This document shows positions 1 to 16,133 of a stretch of 64,000 nucleotides of DNA, one piece after another; positions within the stretch are counted from its first letter, which is position 1; each line of letters starts with the position of its first letter. The notes under the pieces are model-generated. The model was not told where the DNA came from and made no database searches. It saw only the letters and a program-made list of their open reading frames with translations. Both the position numbers and the translations under genes were made by a program. The stretch is from assembly GCF_009914755.1 (NCBI RefSeq), contig NC_060944.1, one strand, 5' to 3'. This DNA is from the human T2T-CHM13v2.0 reference genome, Homo sapiens.

Positions 1-273
1 CATGTGTCTTTATAGCAGCATGATTTATAGTCCTTTGGGTATATACCCAGTAATGGGATGGCTGGGTCAAGCGGTATTTCTAGTTCTAGATTCCTGAGGA
101 ATCGCCACACTGACTTCCACAATGGTTGAACTAGTTTACAGTCCCACCAACAGTGTACAAGTGTTCCTATTTCTCCACATCTTCTCCAGCACCTGTTGTT
201 TACTGACTTTTTAATGATTGCCATTCTAACTGGTGTGAGATGGTATCTCATTGTGGTTTTGATTTGCATTTCT
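1..273 (-). mobile_element. L1PA 3' fragment (runs off window edge)
   Basis: Canonical L1 ORF2-end antisense sequence (tatatacccagtaatgggatggctgggtcaa). Confidence 0.9.
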
Positions 274-439
274 CAAAAGGTATTAACTTTCTTACCCGTA
301 CACGTCTCATTGACTATTCAAAGCCCACTCATTTCTTCAAAAGTCCGCTCAAATCCTCCCACTCCATGAAGTCTTGCCTTATGAATCTCCCCCTTTTCCA
401 AATTCCCAAATTGCTTAAAGTATTTTATTTGGCTCCTAA

Positions 440-1700
<1,261 letters not shown>

Positions 1701-1994
1701 GTAATTATCTCCATCAGAGCAGAACACCCTGACCTATCAGAAAGAAGTGCTGTCCAAGCCTTCCTGATCCTTAAAACTGAAGATAGGATAGGAAACCCAC
1801 TAAAGTGGAAATTACAAATGTTCACTAGGTATCTTTGACATAGGAAGAAAATGGAAAAGAGAGAGCTTTGGAGACAAAAACAGAATGCTCTCTGAGCTTT
1901 TTGTAATACCTGTAAGCTGTCTCCAGCACGTACAGTGGGTACCACATATATAAAATTCCGTTTTAAGACAAGTGAGAATAATAAAAAGAAAACT

Positions 1995-3485
1995 TGATAA
2001 CTGAAGAAGGTCACATGAATGAGTGTTATCACACCAATTCTATGACACCAACTGTGTGTCCTGCAATTCAATTTTAATGCTACTAACCAAGAGTGAGCAC
2101 AGTTAAATGAGGTTTAGCCTAAAGCGGCCTCCTTAGATATTTTAAGTTCATCCTAAAGGTTTCTCTGTACATAATAAACTGAAACCTAACTGGATGTGTA
2201 AACAGACTAACCTACTTTTGTGCCAATCACCAAGTTTTGGCCAATCAAAGGTGACCAACTGTTCAAACCATGTTCAAATAAGGCAAATACCAAGCTGCAA
2301 CCAACGTGGCTATTTCTCTACCTCACTTCTGTTTTCCGTACCTCACTTTCTTTTCTCTGTCCATAAATCTTCTTCTTCCACATGGCTACACTGAAGTCTC
2401 TTGGAGGCTACTCTGGCTTGGAAGGCTGCCTGCTTCATGAATTGTTCTTTGCTCCATTAAACTCTGTTAAATTTAATTTGTCTAAGGCTTTTCTTTTTAA
2501 CAGTATAGACCCCACAGGTTAGTGGGTTAGTCCTCCACAATATCAACTTCACTTCATACATCAGCCACAAGTGGTCCCCAGGATACCTGCACTTCTGAAC
2601 AGCCAGTTCCAAATTCAGGGTTTCCCATGACACCCTCAGGTTTGATAATTTGCTAGAATGATTTCCAGAACTCAGGAAAGTACTGTGCTTATGATCACTG
2701 TTTTATTACAAAAGATACAGCGGCCAGGCACAGTGGCTCACGCCTGTAATCCCAGCACTTTGGGAGGCTGTGGTGGGTGGATCACAAGGTCAGGAGTTCG
2801 AGACCAGCCTGGCCAATTTGGTGAAACCCTGTCTCTACTAAAAATACAAAAAAATTAGCCAGGTGTGGTGGCGTGTGCCTGTAATCCCAGCTACTCAGGA
2901 GGCTGAGGCAGGATAATTGCTTGAACCCAGGAAGCCATGGTTGCAGTGAGCCAAGATTGCATCACTGCACTCCAGCCTGGGTGACAGAGCGAGACTGCAT
3001 CTCAAAAAAAAAAAAAAAAAAAAAAAGATACAGATCAGAAACAGCCAAATGAAGAGATGCATAGGGCAAGATTTGGTGGTAGAGGAGACATAGAGCTTCT
3101 AAGCCTTTCCCTTGTGGAATCCGGGTTCATCACCCTCCCAGAGCATTGATGTGTGCACCAACCAGAAATCTCCACGGAACCTCGGTGTCCAGAGTTCTTA
3201 TTGGAATTTTATTACCTGGGCATGATTGATTACATTATTGTCATATGATTGAACTCAGTCTCCAGTTCCTCTCCCATCCCTGGAAGTCAGACTGACCCAA
3301 AGATCCAGCCTTCTGATCACACGGTTGGTCTTTCTGGCAGCCAGCTCCCAACCTAATGCTAGTGTCCCACCATGAGTCACCTTGTTAGCATAATAAAAAC
3401 ACTCCTACCACAGGAAATTCCAAGTGTTTTTGAAGCTCTGTGTCAGAAACTGAGAACAAAGACTAGATCGATTCTTCATGATACC
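1995..3485. mobile_element. MER21-like LTR with nested MER57 LTR and Alu (2722-3026, +)
   Basis: MER21-type motifs (gacaccaactgtgtgtcc..., ggtttgataatttgctagaa) resume after each insertion. Confidence 0.65.
2101..2502 (+). mobile_element. MER57B-type ERV1 solo LTR
   Basis: gttaaatgaggtttagcctaaagc...ttttctttttaaca closely matches MER57. Confidence 0.8.
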
Positions 3486-3486
3486 A

Positions 3487-4332
3487 TGGTATAGCAGATC
3501 ACATTTTCCAAAATGATCACAATGCTATCTTCTACCCCACGTGCTCTTCTTACACTCTTCACATGGAGACATAAGGGCTATGTTCCCACTTCTTAAATCT
3601 CAGTGTGCTGTGACAATAGTGACAGTGGCCCACTGACTTCTGAACTTGGACTATAAAGGATGGTGTAATTTCTGTTTGGTTTCTCCTAGGACACTTGCTC
3701 TTGAAATCCAGACACCATGCCCTGATGAAACCCAGGCCAGGTGGAGAAGCCATATGTAGGTGTTTTGGCTGACAGGTTTCACTGAGGTCACAGAGGACAG
3801 CAACATCAGCATCGGTCATTAGACATGTGAGCGAAGAAGACATCAGGAGGCTCCAGCTGCCAGCTGACCACAACTGCATAGAGACTCCTGACTGAGAACT
3901 ACATACCTGAGCCCAGTGAACCTCCAAAACCATGAGCGATAATAACAACAACAACCAGGTCCAGTGACTCAGGCCTGTAATCCCAGCACTTTGGGAGGCT
4001 GAAGTGGGCAGATTGCCTGAGCTCAGGAGTTCAAGACCAGCCCAGGCAACACTGCAAAACTCCATCTTTAAAAACTATTCCCAAAAAATTTAGCCAGGCA
4101 TGGTGGCACACACCTGTAATTTCAGCTACTTGTGGGGGCTGAGGCAGGAGGATTGCCTGAGCCCAGGGAGGTTGAGGCTGTAGTGAGCCATGATCGGGTC
4201 ACTGCACTCCAGCCTGAGTGACAGAGCAAGACCCTGTCTCAAAATAATAATAACAACAACAAAATGTTTGTTGCTGTTTTACACTACCGAGTAGCAGGCA
4301 GTACATTTTGTAGCCAATAGGCAATTGAAACA
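3487..4332 (+). mobile_element. MLT1-type MaLR LTR interrupted by AluJ (3957-4250)
   Basis: MLT1 motifs and 3' end (gcaattgaaaca). Confidence 0.6.
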
Positions 4333-5466
4333 CAGAAATTTCCCATTACTTAAATTTTGCTGCCTGATGCCATCCTTTGAAATAAAAACTGAATGCACCC
4401 AATAAAATGAATGTGTTGCAGGAATATGGCAAACCCTGGATTCCATTCTCAGCTCTCTCATTAGCTCCCTGCTAGATCTTAAACAAGTCTTGCCATCTTT
4501 TTGGCTTCTGGTTTCTCATTTGTTAAAGGATGGGGCTGATGTGTTAAAGGAAGTTCCTATCCTTCTTGGTTTTTTCTTTCCTACTTACTAAACTTCCATG
4601 GTTTATACTCATCTTCCATCACAACAGATAGCAATGAAAGATTGGTTCATTTGACATTTCATACTTCAGTTAAAAGAAAAGAAAGGTCTCAGCTCACAGG
4701 ATAATAAATCTTTATTATCCATTTTGAGGAAGAAAGAGTAAAATTGTCAGCAATTAAGACACAAGCTAAGATTTGAGCAAATGGGTTTGAAATATTCTAA
4801 CCTGAATAGGAAGCACTTTTCACTCCAAAAATGTTGTCAACCCTTACCTACATGTTCTGCTTTGGACAATTACCTGTCACGGATGATTTTCCTTCTATCT
4901 CCCTTAGGCTGAGGATGAAACCAAGCCCTGTGATTTCTAAGCCAAGGCCTTCAAAGTTAAGAAGATAAATAAATTTGTGCACTTTCTGCTCTTCATGCAC
5001 CTCCAGTGCTCCCTGGGCTCGTCCTTTTCAATTGCACTGATGGCAACTGATTTCACTCTTGTCCTTGCTTTTCCTCTGGGTAGATTTTAAAGCAAGATAA
5101 ACTAATAAATAATGAAGACAGGTGAAGCAGGCAGGAGAAATTTTGTTTTATCATACACAAAGTGATTTATGTTGGTCATTAAGAATATGGATTTTTAAAG
5201 AATTTTCCTTTTATTTCTCTCACAAATGATAGATATTTTATGGCTTTTGCTTAACTTTGCTTGTTGTTGCCAGGTGTTTTTAACTCAAGCCTATTTATGT
5301 GATGTTTGTATGCTAGTATGGTTTCAACAATTTTTCCATCCAATGTAAGAAATTGAAGATTTTATATTCAGAGATTGTTAAAAAATATTGATTTCATCTA
5401 TATCATCTTGTTCATGAGCACTGACTGTGGATATGAGTAGCAAGGATATGCATTTGAGAAGCTTAC

Positions 5467-5782
<316 letters not shown>

Positions 5783-5869
5783 TAAAGCATTTTAATGTAT
5801 GTAAGCATAAACACTTTCCTTTCTCCCCCTCCTCTATCAAATACATCCCACATTCAATTCTATTTACAC

Positions 5870-7075
5870 ATATACATGGTTACCTGATCTATGACAAAAG
5901 TGGCTTTGCAGGGCAGTAAAGAATGGCCTTTTTATTATGTGCTCTCTCTCTCTCTCTACATATATATACACATGTATGTATATATATAATTTGAGCCTAA
6001 CACGAATATCAATTCCAAGTGAATTGCAAATTGATATATGAAAGGTACAATAATAAAACTTTTTTTAAAAACAGAACTAATTGAAAAAATTGGACTATGT
6101 TAATATTACAAACTTCTGTTTATCAAAAGGTCCCATAAAAGGTGTTAAAACACAAACCACAGAAAAGACACAATATTTGCAATGCATGTATTCAACAAAA
6201 GATGTTAATCCAGAATATATAAAGAACTTCTACAAGTCAATAAGAAAATATGACAAGGTGATCTGGTAGAAATTAACAAAAGATTTGAACAGATAATATC
6301 TTATGAAAGATAAATTCAAAGAGAATATCTAAGTGGCCAGTAAATGTTTGAAACTGTGTTCAACTTCTTTAGTCACCAGTGAAATGCAAATTAAAACCAT
6401 TTACAAATTAGAATCCACCAGAATGACTAAAGTTAAAAAAGACAGAAAATATCAAATATTGGGAAGGATTTGGAGCAACTGGAATGCTCACACTCTGGTA
6501 GTTGTGAGTACTTCTTTGGCCACATCAGCTCATGCTGACTGTCAGCATGTAGTCATGTTCTAGCAATTCCTCTCGGAGTAATGGATACCCAACAGAAAGA
6601 AGTAGTAATGCTGACCAAATGATATGTATGAGAATGCTGTTAGCAACACTATTCATAATAGTCCCAAACTGAAAAACAACCCAAATGTCCATCAATGGGA
6701 AAATGGAAAGATGAATAAATTGTGGTCTATTACACAACACAATATAAAACAACAATGATAATGATACACAAAACAACATGGATAAATGTCACAAACATAA
6801 TAATAAGTGAAAGATATTAGACACAAAAAATACTTACTGACTATTTGATTCTATTTATGTAAAGTACAAAAACTGAGCAAAGCTAATCCATGTGTTAGAA
6901 GTCAGGATAATAGCTTCTCTTGGGAGGGGGAGGCAACTGGAAGGTGACACAGAGGACGAATTTCCTGTTTCATCTGGCTGCTGGTCACATACACGTGTTC
7001 AGCTTGTGAACACGCATCAAGCGGTATGTTTATGTGCACGTTTTTCTATGTATGTAATAATACCATAAGGCATAA
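5870..7075 (+). mobile_element. Old L1M 3' fragment
   Basis: Degenerate ORF2 end/3' UTR motifs (aaatgcaaattaaaacca, caacccaaatgtccatcaa). Confidence 0.75.
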
Positions 7076-7873
7076 AACGAAATGCAACAGAAATACTAAC
7101 CAATCTTTTGGAAGGTTCCAGCTCAGAACGTAATTACAGGTATTCTGTCTAATAAGTGTGCTCTTAAAAATGATAGTTAATCGCATTTGGGTTGTTTATT
7201 TTAGTGCTCAAGTGGAAACCACTATTTAAAGGAAGGCTGAAGCAAATCCTTTGGTAAATGAATAATTATTTCTGATGACATTTCAGAGTTCAGATGTTCT
7301 TAAAGTGTGCCTCTTCTAAAATCACTTTTCATCCCTTGACTCTCCTATCAATGGGTGCATTATAAAATAAAATCATAGTTCTGTTCCTTTGGGAGTCTAA
7401 TCATTTTAAGACCTTTCAAAAATTTCTTAATCATGACTCCATTTTTCAATGTTTTTTCACCTGCATTGAGCCAAGGTGCCCAGAAATGTTCTTTTGAGTT
7501 TCATAAATTATAAAAGCACTTAGAGATAGAAATTCAAAGGCATGCTCTATAAATATTTTTATGTCAAAGATATTATCAGAAATGTGAGATGATTAACATG
7601 GCCACTCAACAATTTAAAAGAAAAAGAGCTTTTCTAGTACTAAATCATAGGACTTGGATAAATTACTACTGTTGTCTTGTGAAAGCAAAATATTTTACAC
7701 TTTTCAAATATATACAGGAATAGAGGATAGAGTATAATGAGCCCTCAGGTACCACTCATGCAGTATCAACATTTATAGCTGATCTTGTTTTTTCCACAAC
7801 CCACATAAATCCTCATTCCCCTCACTAGATGATTTAAAGCAAATCCCAAACATATTTCATTTGCAAAAACTTC

Positions 7874-7876
<3 letters not shown>

Positions 7877-7910
<34 letters not shown>
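7877..7910. repeat. (CA)n microsatellite
   Basis: Seen directly. Confidence 0.95.
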
Positions 7911-7912
<2 letters not shown>

Positions 7913-8156
7913 TTTAAAGACCACAATACCATTACTAATATTAATTGATGAAAATAATTTAATATTATCAAATAGTGAATCTACTATCATTTTCCTCATT
8001 GTCTCATGTTTTTTTGTTGTTTAATTTTTTATTCAGGATCCAGAGACTATATGTTGCATTTGATTACTGTATCTCTTGAGTCTCTTTTAATCAGTAGACT
8101 TCCCACCCTGTCTATCTTTTCTCCCAACAAAAAGAAACAGGCTGAAAAATTAAAAT

Positions 8157-8438
8157 GAGCTGGGCGCAGTGACTCAATCCTGTAATCTCAGCACTTTGGA
8201 AGGTGGAGCGGATCACCTGAGGTCAGGAGTTCGAGACCAGCCTGGCCAACATGGCAAAACCCTGTGTCTACTAGAAATACAAGAATTAGCCAGGTGTGGT
8301 GGCAGGCACCTGTAATCCCAGCTACTCGAGAGGCTGAGGCAGGAGAATCGCTTGAACCCGGGAGGTGGAGGTTGCCTTTAGCCGAGATCTCTGAGCCAAG
8401 CCTGGGAGACAGAGCAAGATTCCTTCTCAAAAAAAAAA
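8157..8438 (+). mobile_element. AluS
   Basis: Alu consensus with A tail. Confidence 0.95.
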
Positions 8439-8805
8439 GTAACAAGTTGACTTTAGTACTATAATTCTATTAGGATTCACATTTACTATTGTGCAAATAC
8501 AGTTTCTTCACAGAATTGAAAAACTAGTATTTCCATCAAACTCTATGTCCCACCAGAAGTCCACTCTGAAATGGAATTATATCACTATCCCATTAATAAA
8601 TTGTTCTATCAGCAAATATTTATTGAGGGCTTACTATGTTCGACACTGTGCTCAGCACATTACACTAATTATTTCACTCAATTCCCACAGCACCCTCATG
8701 TGGTAGCTATTCCCATTTTACAGATGATAAAACGGAGGCACATAGAAGTTAGGTAATTTGTCCAGTGTCAATCATTAGGAATTGAGAGAATTGGGGCTGA
8801 AATGA

Positions 8806-9133
<328 letters not shown>

Positions 9134-9266
9134 CTGTTAAATCCATGCTCTTAATGATAACATTGTTCTGGGAGCCTAAGCATTTAGAAAATACTCCAGT
9201 ATTAGAGAGTAAGGGGATGCCACCATTCAGATCTGACTGCTGTTTTTTTCAGTAATGTTTCCCTTA

Positions 9267-10042
<776 letters not shown>

Positions 10043-10537
10043 TCAGCCCAAATACTATTTCCTGGGCGACCTTGCTTTGACTGACCCTTTTTTGCCCAGA
10101 TAGAATCAGTTACAACCTCACATTCTTTCTCCTGGCAGCTTGAACATGCATGTAACCCACAGCTTCACCACAGCACTTATCACATGGTACTGTGCCAGAT
10201 GTTAAAGTGTCTGCCCAGTGACCCCCACCAGGCTGATCGTTTTTTGAAAGCTACCTTTTTTGCTCTTTTATCATCTGTCCCCCATGTGCAATGCACAGGA
10301 GGTACTAAATAGTTTCTGAATGAATGAAATAAATACAACGAGTCCTTGCTTCAGTATTCATGTAATGGTCCTAATCTCTATAATACAAGGGCAAGGAGTA
10401 TGTACAGTTGGGATGGAGTGGAGAGAGAAGTGAACAAACTCAGGTCCCTATCTATGAGGCAACATAGTCTGACAATTGCTGCAAACCAGACCAAACACAG
10501 GTAAAGATGTGGGAGACAGGAATGGGTAGTTACTGCT

Positions 10538-10900
10538 TGTATTAGCCTGTTCTCACACTGCTAATAAAGACATACTTGAGACTGGATAACTTATAAAGGA
10601 AAGAGGTTTAATGGACTCACAGTTCCACATGGTTGGGGAGGCCTCACAATCATAACTGAAGGCAAAGAAGAAGCAAAGTGACATCTTACATGGTGGCAGT
10701 CAAGAGAGCTTTTGCAGGAAACTCCCATTTATAAAACCATCACGTCTCGTGAGACTTATTCACTACCATGAAAATAGCACAGAAAAGACCTGCCCCCATG
10801 ATTCAATTACCTCCCACTGGGTCCCTCCCATGACACATGGGAATTCTGGGAACTACAATTCAAGATGAGATTTGAGTGGGGACACAGCCAAACCATATCA
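10538..10900 (-). mobile_element. THE1 (MaLR) solo LTR
   Basis: Ends ...gacacagccaaaccatatca; 5-bp TSD CTGCT. Confidence 0.92.
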
Positions 10901-12240
10901 CTGCTAATCAAGGCATAAAGTGGTAGAACCACTTTGGCAATTCATGATAAAGATTGCACCAGGGGAATTATTCTGCTAGTTCCTCCCCATCTCCTGTTTC
11001 CTGCTGGTCAAGTTTCACCCCAAAGAGAGGGGAGGCTGGTGAAGGGTAGAGATCTGATAAGGAACACAAGATTTATTTGTAGCTCAGAAACATCTGCAAA
11101 ATTTCTGCCCTTGGGAAGATTTATTCTAATAAACATTTCCAATCGGCTTGAATCCATTTCTAAAAATACTAGTTTTTTTTCATTAATTAAGTAATATATG
11201 CTCACTGCAAATAATTTTAAAAATACAGAAAAGTTGAAAGATAAAGTCACTCATAATTTGATCACCCAGAGAAAATCATAATATTTTTTAGATAATTTTT
11301 GTCTTTGTAGTTAGGAATAAAACTCTGAACAATGATTAAATTTGAAATATACATCTAAATTTTTCAATCATCTATGTATGTTTAAAATGTGTGAAGTGAT
11401 ATGGGGTTGTCCAGTGTTACACAGGATTTCTAAAATTCTTGGTAATGGGCTGGTATAACCGAACAAGATGAAAGTTACTTGCTGCGTAGTTTAGTTGAAG
11501 CCAGACGATAGTCTCAATCATTCATAATTTGAAAGTCAATATATATTTTGACTGAAAATATGAATAGTTGACCATTTAATCAAATGTTTTCTGTTTTATG
11601 AAGTATATTTTTCTAGAACTAAATAATTTGTTTTTATCTACAGAGTGGGCATGCCAAAGTCATCATTGTTTTATTCATTTTGACATTAAATTCCATTAAA
11701 ATTATGCAATTTTGTGGGCAAGTCAGATAATTCTGGTCAACCAAATTTTTGAAGACGAGTAATAATACGCTCTTCACAGAAAAGTCTAGTTGGCTATACC
11801 TTGAATTCCGAGCTGCACAATGGCTGTCTGATGCACCTTTGAGCATATTTATTTTTGTAGCAATTGAAATATAAAACCAAGATAAAGGCACTGGTTTCTA
11901 CTTCACTGAAAATAAAAGCAATATTGATTTTTAAAGTAATACTCATCAAACCTTACATTATTCTGTTTAGATGGCAAGCTGTTATTAACAGGAACTAAAA
12001 TGCTATTCGTAGCACATACTACAGGGTCATCATTAACTGTGAGACTAGTATTTTTGTAGTCTTTCAGACATACACTCAAATTAGGCTTGGTTATTCCTGA
12101 TATTTTCTAAACTCATTTGATATACTTTAGGACGTAAATCTCAAACAGAAAACCAGATGGACCCTTCTTGTTTAGAATTGGCAAGTCCATCTTATGTCAA
12201 TAGTTTTTTCAGAGAATTCATTTGAACAGTACAATTTTTA

Positions 12241-12531
12241 TTTATTTTTTTTTGGAGATGTAGTCTTGCTCTGTTGCTCAGGCTGGAGTGCAGTGATCTT
12301 GGCTCACTGCAAACTCTGCCTCCTGGGTTCAAGCAATTCTCCTGCCTCAGTCTCTCAAGTAGCTGGGATAACCAGTGCCCACCCCCACACTCAGCTAATA
12401 TTTGTATTTTTAGTAGAGACCAGGTTACACCATGTTGGCCAGGCTAGTCTCGGATTCCTGGCCTCAAGTGATCCACCTGCTTTGGCCTCTCAAAGTGCAG
12501 GGATTACAAGTGTGAACCACTGCACCGAGCC
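12241..12531 (-). mobile_element. Alu
   Basis: Alu consensus; TSD tgaacagta. Confidence 0.92.
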
Positions 12532-12704
12532 TGAACAGTAAAATTAAATGTTTTCACATTTTGTAAAAATAAAATAAAGCCCATAAATCAAATTACTATA
12601 TATTATTTATTTTCTTGTAAATTTAAGCATTTGAGGACATTACTAATTATATCCCCAAAAAATATGTTCTTTAGCAGGGAAGGGTGTAAGTTTGAAAAAC
12701 TTGT

Positions 12705-15673
12705 AGCTGCAGCTGGCAGGGTTTGGGGGCTACCGGCCATCTGAGTTTTATTAAAACTACTGGCCGCGAAGCCAGTCTGCAGCCAAAATGTCCAGCAGAA
12801 ACAACAAGCTGCCCAGTAACCTGCCGCAGTCACAGAATCGGATCAAGCTAGACCCACCGGCCTGCATTGAGGAGTTTCTACAGCAGTAAAATCACTACAG
12901 ATCCAATGTGGAGATTTCCAAATTGCAACCAAATAAACCCAGCAAAGAACTAGCAGAGCTGGTGATGTTTATGGCACAGAACAGCCTAAATGTCTGCATC
13001 TTAATTATAGGAGAGAAAGAGAGAAACTTCAGAAGAGCCTTTGCTTTGCTACAGATTAGTCACTGCTACCCAGAGTATTTAAGTAATTTTCCTCAAGAGG
13101 TGAAAGAGCTTCTCTCCTGCAATTATACCGTATAAGATCCAGATCTTCAAATGACATTTTGCAAAGCTTTGATCTTGCTGAGAAATAAGAATCTCATCAT
13201 TCCATCAAGCCTGCTAGAACTCTTCTTTGAACTTCTACGTTGCCATGATAAGCTTCTGCGAAAGACTTTATACACACATATTGTGACTGATATCAAGAAT
13301 ATAAATGCAAAACACAAGAACAGGAAAGTGAATGCAGTATTGCAAAATTTCAAGTACATCATGTTAAGACATAGCAATGCAACCGCAGCCAAGATGTCTT
13401 TAGATGTAATGATTGAACTCTACAGAGGGAACATCTGGAATGATGCCAAAACTGTCAATGTTATCACAACTGCACATTTCTCTAAGGTCACCAAGATATT
13501 AGTTGCCACTTTGACATTCTGTCTTGGGAAAGATGAAGACGAAAAACAGGACTGTAACTCCGAATCTGAGAAACAAAAAAAAAAAAACAAGAAAAAATCA
13601 GAGATGTTTAACTTTTCAGCCATTCACTTAATTCATGATCCCCAAGATTTTGCAGAAAAACTACTAAAGCAGCTTGAGTGAAGTAAGGAGAAGTTTGAAG
13701 TGAAAATGATGCTCATGAACCTCATCTCCAGATTGGTGGGAATTCATGAGCTCTTCCTCTTCAATTTCTATCCTTGTTTGCAAAGGTTTCTGCAGCCCCA
13801 CCAAAGAGAAGTAACAAAGATCCTCCGTTTGCTGCACAAGCATCTCATCACCTAGTACCCCCAGAGATTATTCAATCATTGCTTATGACTGTGGCAAACA
13901 ATTTGGTTACCGACAAGAATTCTGGAGAAGTCATGACAGTAGGAATCAATGCTATAAAAGAGAAAACAGCTCGATGTTCTCTGGCCATGACTGAAGAACT
14001 TCTCCAAGACCTGGCTCAGTATAAAACACACAAGGATAAGAATGTAATGATGTGTGCTAGAACTTTGATTCAGCTCTTCCGAACACTGAATCCTCAGATG
14101 CTGCAGAAGAAATTCCAGGGTAAGCCTACTGAGGCCTCCATAGAAGCAAGAGTACAAGAATATGGAGAATTAGATGCTAAAGATTACATTCCAGGAGCAG
14201 AAGTTCTGGAAGGTGAGAAAGAAGAGAATGCTGAAAATGATGAAGATGGATGGGAAAATACCAGTCTCCGTGAGGAGCAGGATGCTGATGGTGAATAGAT
14301 TGATGTGCAACACTCTTCCGATGAAGAACAGCAAGAAATCTCCAAGAAGCTGAACAGGATGCCCATGGAGGAGTGGAAAGCCAAAGCTGCAGCCATCAGC
14401 ACCAGCCAAGTTTTAACTCAGGAAGACTTCCAGAAAATCCGCATGGCCCAACTGAGAAAAGAACTTGATGCTGCCCCTGGGAAATCCCAGAAGAGGAAAT
14501 AAATTGAAATAGACAGTGATGAAGAGCCCAGGGGTGAATTACTTTCTCTTCAGGACATTGAACGCCTTCATTAAAAGCCGAAGTCTGACAAAGAGACAAG
14601 ACTAGCAACTGCAATGGCTAGAAAGACAGACCGAAAAGAATTTGTGAGGAAGAAAACCAAAATGAATCCATTTCCCAGTTTGACAAATAAAGAGGAGAAA
14701 AAACAGAAGAACTTTATGATGATGCAGTATAGCCAGAATGTCCGGTGAAAAAATAAGCATTCCTTCCGAGAAAAACAGTTGGTGCTACGAGATGCACTTT
14801 TGAAAAAGAGAAAAAGAATGAAGTAACTTCCCAGCAAGTTTTCCATTCCAAGAAGAATGCTAAGTTTGTGTCATTACTCTGAAAATTGGTAAATCAAGCA
14901 TGTTTGTTTACATTAAAAAGTCCAGAAGCACTGTATTGTGAAAACTGCTGAAAATGTGGCAGCAATTTGGTGTTTTTATTTTGGAGACGGCTAATGGTGG
15001 GAATGTTAATGTAAATAGTGGTGGTAGTGTAAAATCAATTCATTTATCATTCATGCAAAAAAAAGTATTGAGTGCCTGTTAATTGTCACTGTAGATATAA
15101 AACGAATGAGCTGTAACCCCTTCACTCAAGGCATTGACAGCTTAGCTGTGGGGGTGGACACACATATGTGTATTTACAGCGCAGTGTAAATAGTTCTCTA
15201 GTAGAGGTAGCTCCATATTTCTATGAGGTCACTCAGGCCTTTTGGACTAACTCTGTGGGGATAGGAGTTATATATTCTTATAAAACAAAAGAAAACAGGA
15301 CAATGTTATAAGAGTAAGAGGTTCTTACTTGTACATAGGCTTACCTGCTGAAAACAGGCCCTTGTTGTACAGATTTTGGGTACATAATTTAACTCTTTTA
15401 GTCAATACAAAAGATTTAAGTGACCCCCTCTTTTTTCTTTTTTTGAATGCCATGTAAAGGATTTTTGGTTAAGACCTCACTTTTAAAACTGCCTTAAGTA
15501 TAAATAGTACCTTTGGAATGTATTTAGTTCATCATTTGAGCAGCCTTCATACTGGTTTCCTCAGCCTTCCTTCAGCCTGTAATATTTTCAGCCCACTGTT
15601 TACCTTGTCTCAATAAAAGCTTTCTAATGCAAATTGGAAAAAAAAAAAGAAAGAAAAAGAAAAAAAAGAAAAA
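12705..15673 (+). pseudogene. SDAD1P2: Processed SDAD1 (SDA1 domain) pseudogene, full length with UTRs and poly(A)
   Basis: Intronless SDAD1 homology from ATG 12788 to TAA 14826; stops at 12887, 13133, 13679, 14296, 14500 plus a frameshift; AATAAA 15612, A tail, TSD GAAAAACTTG(T) at 12694 and 15674. Symbol from memory. Confidence 0.95.
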
Positions 15674-15683
15674 GAAAAACTTG

Positions 15684-16133
15684 TGAAAGAATTTAGCCAG
15701 TTTGCTTTAGGCAGACAGTAAGGGAAGGGTCCCCGGAGAACCTGCCACTGGCTCCACAGCATGAGATGCTTTGTGCAGATAAGGGAACTTGCAAAGGGGG
15801 ATTGCCTAAACATGTCCACGTGGAAAATTCCATTCCGTAACATATGCACAGCAAGGGATATAAATTAATATGGAGTGGCTCAGACTAAGGGCCCACAGGC
15901 ACACTGGAAGGATGGGGTGGAGCCACCAGAAATTCGTGCCTTACACCCTTGTATTCAACTGTGAAGGGGGCAACTGGCAACTTGCTTTCAGGACCCTTCT
16001 CTTTGCTGTGAGCTTTCCTTTTGCTTAATAAATCCTACTCCACTCACTCTCTGGTGTCCACATGCCTAATTCTTCCTGACCATGAGACAGTAACCCGGAC
16101 TTAGCTGAGTTAAGGAGCAAAAATCCTGCATCA
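15684..16133 (+). mobile_element. ERV1-class solo LTR abutting the SDAD1 retrocopy
   Basis: TG...CA ends, internal AATAAA (16027), 4-bp TSD CTTG. Confidence 0.8.

Noticed and set aside
11630-11900. Unique-looking segment with an acceptor-like site (ttttatctacag)
   Set aside because: No sustained ORF or matching donor; no recognisable homology.
13151-14502. 176-aa, 174-aa and 65-aa ORFs as a functional gene
   Set aside because: Fragments of the SDAD1 processed pseudogene separated by stops and a frameshift.
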